Shown here piece after piece: positions 40,554-50,333 of a DNA stretch of 64,000 bases (position 1 is the stretch's first letter; each line of letters opens with the position of its first letter). The notes under the pieces are model-generated. The model was not told the origin of the DNA and ran no database searches. It was given only the letters and a program-made list of their open reading frames with translations. The stretch is from Acidimicrobiia bacterium (GTDB lineage Bacteria; Actinomycetota; Acidimicrobiia; Spongiisociales; ZC4RG35). The translations under genes were made by a program, and so were the position numbers. The stretch is taken from assembly GCA_965215185.1 (NCBI GenBank), contig OZ244034.1:160001-224000 (forward strand), written 5' to 3'.

Positions 40554-41213
40554 ATGGTGGAGATTCGCTCCCCGAGCGTCAGAAAACGATGGTCGGAAGC
40601 CACTCGGGCCCGGGCTTCGGAGATCGTCAAGAGATATCCGCAGTCCCGTTCGGCGGTGATGCCGCTTCTGTACCTCGCCATGGCCGAGGAGGGTTACCTA
40701 ACCGACAACGGCATGAGAGAAGTGGCGAAAATGGTGGGTCTGACTCCCGCGCAGGTCAGCGCGGTTGCCTCGTTCTACACCATGTACAAGAGGCAAGACC
40801 CCGGCCGCTACTTGATCTCATGCTGTACTTCGATCAGTTGCATGCTGCTGGGATCCGACGAGGTGTTGAGAGCCATCGAGGATGAGTCGGAGGTCATGGG
40901 CGGCCAGTCAGACGCTGAGAGATTGATCACGGTCGAGCATGTGGAGTGCATAGGCGCCTGTGGGGGAGCGCCGGCCGTCACAGTGAACTACGAACTGATT
41001 GAGGGAATCACGGTCCAGAAGGCCCAGGAGTTGGTGAGGTGGCTCTACAGCGCCCGACCCGAGGCCATCGGAGGCGCCGAGTGCCAGGAACTGTTCGGAG
41101 GCAGGCGCAGCTTCGACTGGGGAGCTTTCGACCGCGATTCAGCCGTCGGACCCTATCCGGCTTTCGGTCCGTTGGGCACTGTATCCAACCGTCGGCACGG
41201 CCAGGACGGATAG
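40554..41213 (+). CDS. nuoE: NADH-quinone oxidoreductase subunit E
   Basis: YPQSRSAVMPLL, VASFYTMY, CTSISC, ECIGAC. Confidence 0.92.
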   Translation: MVEIRSPSVRKRWSEATRARASEIVKRYPQSRSAVMPLLYLAMAEEGYLTDNGMREVAKMVGLTPAQVSAVASFYTMYKRQDPGRYLISCCTSISCMLLGSDEVLRAIEDESEVMGGQSDAERLITVEHVECIGACGGAPAVTVNYELIEGITVQKAQELVRWLYSARPEAIGGAECQELFGGRRSFDWGAFDRDSAVGPYPAFGPLGTVSNRRHGQDG

Positions 41214-41217
41214 GGCC

Positions 41218-42513
41218 GTGAGCATCCCGTACATCATCACCGACCGGATGAGCCGGTTCCCATCCGACAGCCACACCCTGGAGCGTTACCTGGCAACCGG
41301 CGGATATGAGGCGCTTCGCACCGCCCTGGGAATGTCGCCGAAGGAAATAACCACGGAGGTGAAGAGCGCCAACCTGCGGGGCAGGGGAGGAGCGGGTTTT
41401 CCATGCGGCGTCAAGTGGGGATTCCTGGCTCCGGGCAAGCCGGCCTATTTAGTGGTGAACGGAGACGAATCCGAGCCAGGGACTTTCAAGGACCGCCAAC
41501 TAATGGAACGCGATCCCCACCAGATGCTGGAGGGGATGATCATCGCCTCCTACGCCAGCGAGGTCAATCACGCTTTCGTTTACATCCGGGGGGAGTACAC
41601 CCGTTCCGCCCGTCGGATACAGCAGGCGGTCGACGAGGCCTACACCGCCGGTTACTTGGGCACCGACATCCTGGGAAGTGGTTATGACCTGGATGTCACT
41701 ATTCATCTGGGGGCGGGCGCCTACATCTGCGGGGAGGAGACGGCTTTGCTCAACAGCCTGGAGGGGCGAAGGGGCGAGCCCCGGTTGAAGCCCCCCTACT
41801 ATCCGGCCGCCAAGGGTCTGTACATGAAGCCCACCATTGTCAACAATGTGGAGACGCTTTCCAATGTTCCCTGGATCATCCAAAACGGCGGAGAGGCGTT
41901 TTCATCCATCGGACCGGACGGGTCGCGGGGCACGCGGCTGTTCTCCATCTCCGGGCATGTCCGCCAACCCGGCAACTACGAGTTGGTGATGGGGATCAGT
42001 TGGCGGGAGCTGATCTTCGAAGTGGCGGGAGGAATACCGGGCGACCGGGCGCTCAAATGCTGGATCCCCGGAGGCGCTTCGGCACCCTGGTTCGTGCCCG
42101 ACCTCCACCTGGATCTGCCGGTGACTCTGGACGATACGGCCAAGGCAGGTTCGATGCTGGGGTCCGGGGCGGTGGTGGTGATGGATGAGACCACCTGCAC
42201 CCTGCGGGCCGCCGAGCGGGTGGTGCGGTTCTTCGCCCACGAGTCGTGCGGGCAGTGCACCCCCTGCCGGGAAGGGTGCTCGTGGCTGGAGCGGGTGCTG
42301 CGGCGCATCGAGGAGGGCGCCGGCCGGGAGGTGGACATCGATATGCTGCTCGACATCTCCGACAATATCTCCCCGGGCCTGGCCTGGCCGCCCCGCATGA
42401 CCACCATCTGCCCGCTGGGGCCTTCGGCGGTTTCTCCCATTCTCGCTATCACCAACTACTTCAAGGACGAGGTCATGGCGCACATTCATCAGGGGGGCTG
42501 TCCCTTTGACTGA
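41218..42513 (+). CDS. nuoF: NADH-quinone oxidoreductase subunit F
   Basis: LRGRGGAGF, NGDESEPGTFKDR, GAGAYICGEETAL, ESCGQCTPCREG. Confidence 0.96.
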   Translation: MSIPYIITDRMSRFPSDSHTLERYLATGGYEALRTALGMSPKEITTEVKSANLRGRGGAGFPCGVKWGFLAPGKPAYLVVNGDESEPGTFKDRQLMERDPHQMLEGMIIASYASEVNHAFVYIRGEYTRSARRIQQAVDEAYTAGYLGTDILGSGYDLDVTIHLGAGAYICGEETALLNSLEGRRGEPRLKPPYYPAAKGLYMKPTIVNNVETLSNVPWIIQNGGEAFSSIGPDGSRGTRLFSISGHVRQPGNYELVMGISWRELIFEVAGGIPGDRALKCWIPGGASAPWFVPDLHLDLPVTLDDTAKAGSMLGSGAVVVMDETTCTLRAAERVVRFFAHESCGQCTPCREGCSWLERVLRRIEEGAGREVDIDMLLDISDNISPGLAWPPRMTTICPLGPSAVSPILAITNYFKDEVMAHIHQGGCPFD

Positions 42514-44923
42514 GCCGGTCACCGTAACCATCAACCGCCGGGAGGTGAGCGCCCAGCCCGGGGACCTGCTCATCAAGACCGCACAGGACAACGGGGTGTA
42601 CATTCCCCGCTTCTGCTGGCATCCCCGCATGAACCCGGTGGGGATGTGCCGCATGTGCCTGGTGCAGATCGAGACTCCCCGAGGTCCACTGCTGGTTACT
42701 TCCTGCACCACTCCGGTCTCCAACGGGATGACGGTGGACACCACCAATCCTATGGTGAAAAAGGCCCAGGAAGGGGTCCTGGAATTCTTGCTCATCAACC
42801 ATCCGCTGGACTGTCCGGTGTGCGATCGGGCCGGCGAGTGTCCTCTGCAGGACCAGACCATGGCCTACGGGCCGGGAGAGAGCCGGTTCGTAGAGGAAAA
42901 GCGCCATTTCGAAAAGCCCATCCCCATCTCCGAGTTGGTCATGCTGGATCGGGAGCGGTGCATTCTCTGCGCCCGGTGCACCCGCTTTTCGGAGGAGATT
43001 TCCGGCGACCCCCTGATCGAATTCCAGGACAGGGGAAACCACACCCAGGTGAACACCTTCCCAGACGAGCCCTTCCGGTCCTATTTTTCGGGCAACACCG
43101 TGCAGATCTGTCCGGTGGGCGCCCTAACTGCAACCCCCTATCGCTTCCGGGCCCGACCCTGGGATCTGACCGCGGTGGAGTCCACCTGCCAGCATTGCTC
43201 GAGCGGCGATCGCATCAACCTGCAATCCAGCCAAAACCGGTTGCTTCGCATTCTGGGTGTGGACTCAGAGCCCACCAACCAGGGTTGGCTCTCCGACAAG
43301 TGCCGGTTTGGCTTCGAATATGTGAGCTCGCCGCAGCGGTTGACCGTTCCTTTGGTGCGAGATGAAGGGGGGCAGTTGCAGGAGGCCTCCTGGGGGGAGG
43401 CATTGGACTATGCCGGTCGGGCTTTGGGTGAGATCATCGGCCGCTTGGGCGGGCGAGCCGTGGCGGGATTGGGCGGAGCGCGGGCCACCAACGAGGACGC
43501 GTACGCCTTCTCCAAGTTCCTCCGATCGGCGGTGGGCACCAACCATGTGGACTGCCAGATGGATGACGGACTCAACCCCCGGTTGCTGTCGGGAGTGGTG
43601 AACCGGGCACGCATCGCCGATTTGGAACGGGCGGGTTCCATCTTGGTGTGGGGACCCGATCTGAAGGAAGAGCACCCCACCCTCTATCTGCGGGTGCGGC
43701 GGGCGGCCCAGGAACTGGGAGCGCAGTTGGTTGTCATCCATCCTCGCCGCACCGGACTGGACGATCGGGCTTCGCTGAAGATCACTTACCAGCCCGGAAG
43801 AGGTGGGGAAGTGCTGAGCGAGTTGATGAACGGCGAGGGAAGGATGGCCAAAGCCAGGGAGCTTTTGTCCAACGGTCCCGTGGTGGCCCTCTTGGGCAGA
43901 CCCGGGTACGGGGAGAGCCCGGATCTGGTGGAAGCCGCCGCCGCATTTGTCCGCTCCCTTCCCGACGCCACCGTGCTGCCGTTGGCTCGCCGGGGCAATG
44001 TGTTCGGAGCGCTGGACATGGGTCTCAGTCCGGCCCTACTGCCCGGGAGAGTCCAGCGGGGCACTTTGGCCTCTCAGCTGCTGGCCGAACGATGGGGGGA
44101 GATACCCACCTCCTCCGGAAGAGACTGCCGAGGGATCCTGGAAGGTTTGGAGGAGGGGAAGATCGAGGCGCTGATCCTGATGGGGTCCGACCCAGTGCGA
44201 GATGTCCCAGATGGAGATCTGGCCCGTCGGGCGTTGGAGAACGCCGGTTTTGTGATGGCGATCGACCAGTTCCTCACCGACAGTTCACGCTTGGCTGATG
44301 TGGTGTTTCCCGCCATGGGATTCGCCGAAGTGGAGGGAACCGTGACCAATGTGGAGAGCCGGGTGCTCAAGGTGAACCGGGTGACGCCCGGCCCGGGTCA
44401 GAGTCGGCCCGACTGGGCGATCCTGGTTGACCTGGCTTCCCGGATGGGTGTGGATCTTGGTTTGGTTTCAGCCCAGCAGATCAGCGAGGACATCGAGGAG
44501 TTGGCCGACATCTACCGCGGGGTAAGTTGGGACCGGCTTGACTGGGAGGAACGGGATGGAATTGTGGTGAGCGGCGACCTTGGTTACGTGCCCGTCTATT
44601 CGGAATGCCGCTCCGTTGTTCCCGGGAACGGTCAAATGGCCCTCCACTATGCCCGGACCATGTATGACGATGGGGTGATGATGAGAGAAAGCTCGTCGCT
44701 GCGACCGTTGGCCCCCGGCGCCGCAGCCCACCTGCACCCTTCAGATGCCGCCCTCCTCGGTTTGGAAGAGGGAGACCCGGCCACAGTGACGACCACCGCC
44801 GGATCGGTGCGGACCAAGGTAGTGATCGATCCCACCCTCCATCAGGGTGTGGTGTACGTTCCTTTCAACCAGCCCGACACCCCCTCCCTGGGCTCGGCGA
44901 CAGAGGCTGTGGTCAGCAAATAG
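42506..44923 (+). CDS. nuoG: NADH-quinone oxidoreductase subunit G
   Basis: IPRFCWH, CRMCLV, NHPLDCPVCD, CILCARC, FSGNTVQICPVGALT. Confidence 0.95.
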   Translation: MTEPVTVTINRREVSAQPGDLLIKTAQDNGVYIPRFCWHPRMNPVGMCRMCLVQIETPRGPLLVTSCTTPVSNGMTVDTTNPMVKKAQEGVLEFLLINHPLDCPVCDRAGECPLQDQTMAYGPGESRFVEEKRHFEKPIPISELVMLDRERCILCARCTRFSEEISGDPLIEFQDRGNHTQVNTFPDEPFRSYFSGNTVQICPVGALTATPYRFRARPWDLTAVESTCQHCSSGDRINLQSSQNRLLRILGVDSEPTNQGWLSDKCRFGFEYVSSPQRLTVPLVRDEGGQLQEASWGEALDYAGRALGEIIGRLGGRAVAGLGGARATNEDAYAFSKFLRSAVGTNHVDCQMDDGLNPRLLSGVVNRARIADLERAGSILVWGPDLKEEHPTLYLRVRRAAQELGAQLVVIHPRRTGLDDRASLKITYQPGRGGEVLSELMNGEGRMAKARELLSNGPVVALLGRPGYGESPDLVEAAAAFVRSLPDATVLPLARRGNVFGALDMGLSPALLPGRVQRGTLASQLLAERWGEIPTSSGRDCRGILEGLEEGKIEALILMGSDPVRDVPDGDLARRALENAGFVMAIDQFLTDSSRLADVVFPAMGFAEVEGTVTNVESRVLKVNRVTPGPGQSRPDWAILVDLASRMGVDLGLVSAQQISEDIEELADIYRGVSWDRLDWEERDGIVVSGDLGYVPVYSECRSVVPGNGQMALHYARTMYDDGVMMRESSSLRPLAPGAAAHLHPSDAALLGLEEGDPATVTTTAGSVRTKVVIDPTLHQGVVYVPFNQPDTPSLGSATEAVVSK

Positions 44924-45198
44924 GCGGGCTCCCGGCAGTCGTTGAACACAACGGCAAAAGTCGCGAAAGAACTATCCCTTTTTGGGCCCTCTCCTGTCGC
45001 CACCTTGCCATGGGTTGAACAAGCTCCGTACAGGCCGGAACAGAACTCGTCAAATAGAGTGATGTGATCCGTCGACGCGGTCCGAACGACGCCTGAACGG
45101 ACCGTCTTGGTGTTTGGCTTTTATCAGTATGAACCCTGGGTGGGACAGAGCCAACCCCCCGATGGCGACTTTTTTCACAACCCCTTAGGGAGCTCGGC

Positions 45199-46071
45199 CT
45201 AGTTTCGGCCACTCACCATTTGAAATATGGCGGTCCAGTCCAGGCGGCCCAACCCCTGATGGTGGGCCCTGTCATAAACCGGCAGAGCGCAAGCTCCCAT
45301 TACGCTCGGTGAACCGCTGTCGGCGCTCATCTGCAAGGCCAGGCCCAGATCCTTGCGGGCCAGGTCGACCATGAAACCCGGTTCCAGGTCGCCGGCCAGC
45401 ACCTTAACCGGATAGGTGGTGCCCAGATGCCCACGCCCGGCGGTAGTGCCCATCAACACCTCGATCACAGTGTCCCGGTCGAGACCGGCGCCTGCGGCGA
45501 TGGCCAACGCCTCGGCCACTACCACGTTGGACACGATCGCCAGGTAATTGTTGACCAGCTTGGTGCGAATCCCCGCCCCGGCGGGGCCGCAGTGGATGAT
45601 CGTGTCACCCATGCACTCCAGTATCGGAAGAGCCTGCTCCACATCCTCGGTCTCCCCACCCACCATGATCAGCAGGGTTCCGTTTTCGGCCTCCTTGGAA
45701 CTGCGCCCGACCGGGGCGTCCATGGCCCGCTTCCCGTCAGACCGCAACCTCTCCGCCAGTGCATCGAACTCGCGGGGAAGCCCGGTGCTCATATCGATCA
45801 GCAGCGAGTCGTCGCCCAGCGACTCGGCGGCGCCGCCGGGGCCGAAAACTGCGGCCGCCACATGTTCGCCGGTGGGCAGCATCGTGATGACATAGTCGGC
45901 CCCTTCCGCGGCATCTCTCGGAGATGTGGCTGCCTCGGCTCCCCGCCGCCTGATGGCTTCCAGGGCGGTCGCAGATAAGTCAAAGGCCCGCACCCGGTGG
46001 CCGCCCCCGATCAGGTTAAGGGCCATGGGCAGACCCATCACTCCCACGCCGATGAAACCGACCTTGCTCAT
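45199..46071 (-). CDS. yihU: Sulfolactaldehyde 3-reductase-like beta-hydroxyacid dehydrogenase
   Basis: GFIGVGVMG, ITMLP, DAPVGRS (the YihU clade has PVGRT rather than PVSGG), KLVNNY, KVLAGDLEPGFMVDLARKDLG. Start set at MSKVGF. Confidence 0.75.
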   Translation of the reverse strand: MSKVGFIGVGVMGLPMALNLIGGGHRVRAFDLSATALEAIRRRGAEAATSPRDAAEGADYVITMLPTGEHVAAAVFGPGGAAESLGDDSLLIDMSTGLPREFDALAERLRSDGKRAMDAPVGRSSKEAENGTLLIMVGGETEDVEQALPILECMGDTIIHCGPAGAGIRTKLVNNYLAIVSNVVVAEALAIAAGAGLDRDTVIEVLMGTTAGRGHLGTTYPVKVLAGDLEPGFMVDLARKDLGLALQMSADSGSPSVMGACALPVYDRAHHQGLGRLDWTAIFQMVSGRN

Positions 46072-46137
46072 CTCGATCCTCCCTTGCCGGGCTAAGGTGG
46101 CCCGGAGGTCACCGGGCACAGGTAATTTGCTTGTTGG

Positions 46138-47067
46138 ATGATAACCTCGCCCGATCATCAGCAGCTCTGGCTCCCGGGCGGTCAGTTCTCGATGGGGTCG
46201 GATCACCACTACCCGGAAGAGAACCCCGCTCGAACCGTTGCGGTCGGACCATTCTGGATGGACGTCTATCCGGTCACCAACCGCCAATTCCGCCAATTCG
46301 TGGAAGCCACTGGTCATGTGACCATCGCCGAGCGGCCTCCCGACCCGGCCGTGTATGCGGAGGCGGAACCGGAGGATCTGGTTCCGGGGTCGTTGGTGTT
46401 CGGGATGACATGCGGTCCAGTGAACCTGGCGGAATTCTGGCGCTGGTGGGCTTGGACACCCGGTAGCGACTGGTGCCATCCCCTCGGTCCGGGATCGTCC
46501 TTGGACGGTCTCGATAACCATCCTGTCGTCCATGTCACCTACCCGGACGCGGCTGCCTACGCCCGATGGACCGGGATGGAACTGCCGTCGGAGGCCGAGT
46601 GGGAGTACGCCGCCCGGGGTGGTTTGGACGGCGCCGAGTTCACCTGGGGTGACGCGGACCCCCAAGAGTACGCGCCGGTGGCTAATACCTGGCAGGGCCG
46701 GTTTCCCTACGAGAACGCCGAATTGGACGGATGGACCCGCACCAGCCCGGTCGGCTCATACCCACCCAACGGATACGGCCTGTATGACATGGCAGGCAAC
46801 GTGTGGGAGTGGACCGCCGATCCCTACCGCCTCCCCTCGGCAGGAGAGTCGGGACCGCCCTGCTGCGCTCCGCAGGCCGTTGGTGGTGATGACCTGCCGA
46901 CCAGGGTGATCAAGGGGGGATCACACCTGTGCACAATCCAGTACTGCTTCCGATACCGACCCGCCGCCCGCCAGCCCCAGACCATCGACACTTCCACCAG
47001 CCACATCGGTTTCCGTTGCCTGTCGCGTTCTCGACGCCTGATGTCAAGAGTGTCCGAGCCCAACTAA
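46138..47067 (+). CDS. Formylglycine-generating enzyme (SUMF1 family)
   Basis: MGSDHHYPEE, HPVVHV, LPSEAEWEYAARGG, DMAGNVWEW, KGGSHLCTIQYCFRYRPAAR. Confidence 0.92.
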   Translation: MITSPDHQQLWLPGGQFSMGSDHHYPEENPARTVAVGPFWMDVYPVTNRQFRQFVEATGHVTIAERPPDPAVYAEAEPEDLVPGSLVFGMTCGPVNLAEFWRWWAWTPGSDWCHPLGPGSSLDGLDNHPVVHVTYPDAAAYARWTGMELPSEAEWEYAARGGLDGAEFTWGDADPQEYAPVANTWQGRFPYENAELDGWTRTSPVGSYPPNGYGLYDMAGNVWEWTADPYRLPSAGESGPPCCAPQAVGGDDLPTRVIKGGSHLCTIQYCFRYRPAARQPQTIDTSTSHIGFRCLSRSRRLMSRVSEPN

Positions 47068-47068
47068 C

Positions 47069-48712
47069 ATGGCGCTGATGCGTATAGCCGACACCGACCT
47101 GCTTGGTTATGGCAGCTACCAGGCGCTGGTGGAAGGCTTCGAGTGGGACATCCCGGAACGGATGAACATGGCCTCGGAGATCTTCGACCGCTGGAGTCAA
47201 GACCGAGGCCGGGTCGCTCTATATGTTGAACATTCCGATGGGCTCCGGGACACCTGGTCCTACTGGCGCCTGATCAGATTGGCCAAGCGTTACGCCAACT
47301 TCCTTGTGTCGCTGGGAGTGCGCCCCCGAGACCGCGTCTCACTGGTGATGCCTCAGGGCGCCGAGTTGGCCGCCCTCCATTTGGCGGTTTATTCGGTGGG
47401 GGCCACCGCCCTTCCCATGTCCATCCTGTACGGTCCCGACTCCTACCGGCACATCCTGTCTGACTCCGCAGCCAGTGTCATCGTGGTAGCCGAGGCTTAC
47501 GCCAACCCCATCCGACTGGTCCGCGATGATCTGCCCTCTCTGACCGCGGTCGTAATCTCAGGACAGGCGGAGAATGGCGAGCGGGCGCTGTCCGAAGCCG
47601 ACAGCTTTCCGGCTGAATTCGACCCGATCGACACATCGTCGGAAGACCCGGCCCTGCTGCTGTACACGTCGGGCAGCACGGGTCACCCCAAAGGCGCCCT
47701 CCATGCCCATCGGATTCTTGAGGGCTACCTTCTGACTTTCAAGCTCTTCTTCGATGTGGAGTTCGATGAATCCACGGTTTTCTACACCCCATCGGACTGG
47801 GCCTGGGTGGGCGGCCTGCTGGACATACTGCTGCCTGCTTTGGTGTTCGGTTGCCCGGTGGTGGCCGACGAGGAGCGTTTCTCCGCCGAGCGGGCCTTCG
47901 AAGTGATTGGTCGCAATGGCGTCACCCATGCTTTTCTAACTCCTACCGCCCTGAAAGTGATGGCGCAGGTGCCCGACCCCGGCCCCCGTTTCGATCTCGA
48001 TCTTCGGGTCATAGCCAGCGGCGGAGAGTCGGTGGCCGACGAATTGCACCGCTGGAGCGAGCGAGATCTTGGAGCCGTCATCAACGAGTTCTACGGCCTG
48101 ACCGAAGTGAACCACCTGGTGGGTGGATGCCAGGCCTTATGGCCCGGCCGGCCCGGGTGGATGGGACTGCCATATCCTGGCCGGGAGGTAGCTGTATTGG
48201 ATGACAAAGGGGAGGAGATCTCGGCAGGTGAGATCGGCGAAATCGCGGTGCGGCCCGGTGACCCCACCCAGATGCTCGAGTATTGGGGCAACCCCACGGC
48301 CACGGCAGCCGCCCACCGCAACGGCTGGATCATGACCGGCGACCAGGCCACCGTGGATGCCGATGGCTACATCCGGTTCCTCGGACGTGACGACGACATG
48401 GTCGCCAGCGCCGGTTACCGCATCGGGCCTGCCGAGGTGGAGGAGTCGCTGGTCCGCCACCCCGCTGTTGCAGAAGTGGCTGTCATCCCCGCTCCGGATC
48501 CGATCCGGGGCCATGTGGTCAAGGCGATGGTGGTCCTCGCCGATGGCTACCGGGGAGGAGATGATCTGACCGCCGAACTCCAAGCCCAGGTCAAGACCCA
48601 ACTGGCTGCCTACAAGTACCCGCGGATAGTCGAATACGTAGACCGCCTTCCCAAGACTTCGACCGGAAAACTCAACCGGAAACTGCTTGCCGCCCAGGCA
48701 CGGTCAACCTGA
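47069..48712 (+). CDS. AMP-dependent acyl-CoA synthetase
   Basis: YTSGSTGHPKG, DWAWVGG, EFYGLTE, TGD, GYRIGPAEVE, LPKTSTGK. Confidence 0.93.
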   Translation: MALMRIADTDLLGYGSYQALVEGFEWDIPERMNMASEIFDRWSQDRGRVALYVEHSDGLRDTWSYWRLIRLAKRYANFLVSLGVRPRDRVSLVMPQGAELAALHLAVYSVGATALPMSILYGPDSYRHILSDSAASVIVVAEAYANPIRLVRDDLPSLTAVVISGQAENGERALSEADSFPAEFDPIDTSSEDPALLLYTSGSTGHPKGALHAHRILEGYLLTFKLFFDVEFDESTVFYTPSDWAWVGGLLDILLPALVFGCPVVADEERFSAERAFEVIGRNGVTHAFLTPTALKVMAQVPDPGPRFDLDLRVIASGGESVADELHRWSERDLGAVINEFYGLTEVNHLVGGCQALWPGRPGWMGLPYPGREVAVLDDKGEEISAGEIGEIAVRPGDPTQMLEYWGNPTATAAAHRNGWIMTGDQATVDADGYIRFLGRDDDMVASAGYRIGPAEVEESLVRHPAVAEVAVIPAPDPIRGHVVKAMVVLADGYRGGDDLTAELQAQVKTQLAAYKYPRIVEYVDRLPKTSTGKLNRKLLAAQARST

Positions 48713-48797
48713 GTACCGAGACAGAACCATCGGCTGCGTGGGCGCCCCCCTTGAACACCACTTGCGTGACCGCCCGGCCGATATGGCTACCGGATTG

Positions 48798-50315
48798 TCA
48801 CCCCGCCGACGTGTCACCCACCCAGTCCAGGGAGCGGGTTACCGCCTTGCGCCAACGGGCGTATCGGGATTCTCGGACATCTTCTGACATCTGCGGGGAC
48901 CAGCGACGGGCTTCCTGCCAGTTGACCCGAAGATCGTTGAGGCTCTCCCAGAAGCCCTCGGCCAGCCCGGCGCCGTAAGCGGCCCCTAAGGCGGTTGTCT
49001 CGCTCACCTGGGGGCATACCACCTCGACATCTAGGATGTCCGACTGGAACTGCATGAGCAGGTCGTTGGCGATCATTCCTCCATCCACACGCAGCTCGGT
49101 CAGCGCCACTTGCGAATCGGCACGCATCGCCTCGAGAACCTCCCGGGTCTGATAGGCGGTGGCTTCCAATGCGGCCCGGGCAATGTGACCTTTGTTGGCG
49201 AATCGGGTAAGGCCGGTGATGACTCCCCGGGCACCCGTTCTCCAGTGGGGGGCGAAGAGTCCCGAAAAGGCCGGCACGAAGTAGACGTCACCGTTGTCCG
49301 GCACCGAGGCGGCCAGCGCCTCCACCTCATGCGTCGCAGAGATCAATCCGAGGTTGTCGCGGAGCCACTGCACCAGGGCTCCGGTCACGGCCACCGATCC
49401 CTCCAGGGCGTAAACGGGATCGGAGCCGGCGATCTGGTAACCGACGGTGGTGAGCAGGCCGTGGGTGGACGGCATCTTCCGAGTACCGGTGTTCATAAGC
49501 AGAAAACACCCGGTCCCGTAGGTGTTTTTGGCTTCGCCAGGCTCGAAGCATGTCTGGCCGAACAGGGCAGCCTGTTGGTCTCCCAGGATCGCCGAGATGG
49601 GAACCCCCTCGACAACGCCCGTTCCGGTCCCCACTCTGCCGATGGAGGGGAGCACCTCGGCCATCATCGAGCGGGGAATCCCCATCGCTTTGAGAAGGTC
49701 ATCACTCCAGTCGAGGGTGTCGAGATCCATCAGCAAGGTCCGCGAGGCGTTGGTGACGTCGGTTACGTGCTCACCTTCATCAACTCCACCGGTGAGGTTC
49801 CAGACCAGCCAGGAATCGACGGTGCCCATCACCGCCCGGCCCGAGGCCGCCTTCTCTGTCACACCTTCCACATTGTTCAACAACCAGGCTGCCTTCGGAC
49901 CGCTGAAGTAGGTGGCCAGGGGAAGGCCGGTTCGATCCCTGAACCGGTCAATGCCCCCTTCCCGAGCCAGTTCTTCGCATATCTCGTCGGTCCTGGTGTC
50001 CTGCCAAACGATCGCATTGGCCAGGGGTCTTCCGGTGGTGCGGTCCCATACCACGGTGGTCTCCCGCTGGTTGGCGATCCCCACCGCTGTCAGATCCCGG
50101 GCGGTCATACCCGCCGAGGCAAGGGCCTCGCCAACCACCGCCTCGATAGTGCCAAGGATCTCCATAGGATCATGCTCGACCCAACCCGGCCTGGGAAGGA
50201 TCTGCTCGAATTCCCGCTGAGCCATGGCAACCACCCTTCCGGCGTGATCGAAGATCATGAACCTGGTGCTGGTGGTGCCCTGGTCGATGGCTCCTACCGC
50301 TCGTCTGTTGTTCAT
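48798..50315 (-). CDS. glpK: Glycerol kinase
   Basis: [60 protein letters not shown]. Confidence 0.97.
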   Translation of the reverse strand: MNNRRAVGAIDQGTTSTRFMIFDHAGRVVAMAQREFEQILPRPGWVEHDPMEILGTIEAVVGEALASAGMTARDLTAVGIANQRETTVVWDRTTGRPLANAIVWQDTRTDEICEELAREGGIDRFRDRTGLPLATYFSGPKAAWLLNNVEGVTEKAASGRAVMGTVDSWLVWNLTGGVDEGEHVTDVTNASRTLLMDLDTLDWSDDLLKAMGIPRSMMAEVLPSIGRVGTGTGVVEGVPISAILGDQQAALFGQTCFEPGEAKNTYGTGCFLLMNTGTRKMPSTHGLLTTVGYQIAGSDPVYALEGSVAVTGALVQWLRDNLGLISATHEVEALAASVPDNGDVYFVPAFSGLFAPHWRTGARGVITGLTRFANKGHIARAALEATAYQTREVLEAMRADSQVALTELRVDGGMIANDLLMQFQSDILDVEVVCPQVSETTALGAAYGAGLAEGFWESLNDLRVNWQEARRWSPQMSEDVRESRYARWRKAVTRSLDWVGDTSAG

Positions 50316-50333
50316 CCCGCTAAAACAGTAGCC

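Noticed and set aside
45199-46665. 488-aa dehydrogenase with a long N-terminal extension
   Set aside because: The extension is antisense to the FGE gene. The Rossmann fold starts at 46071.
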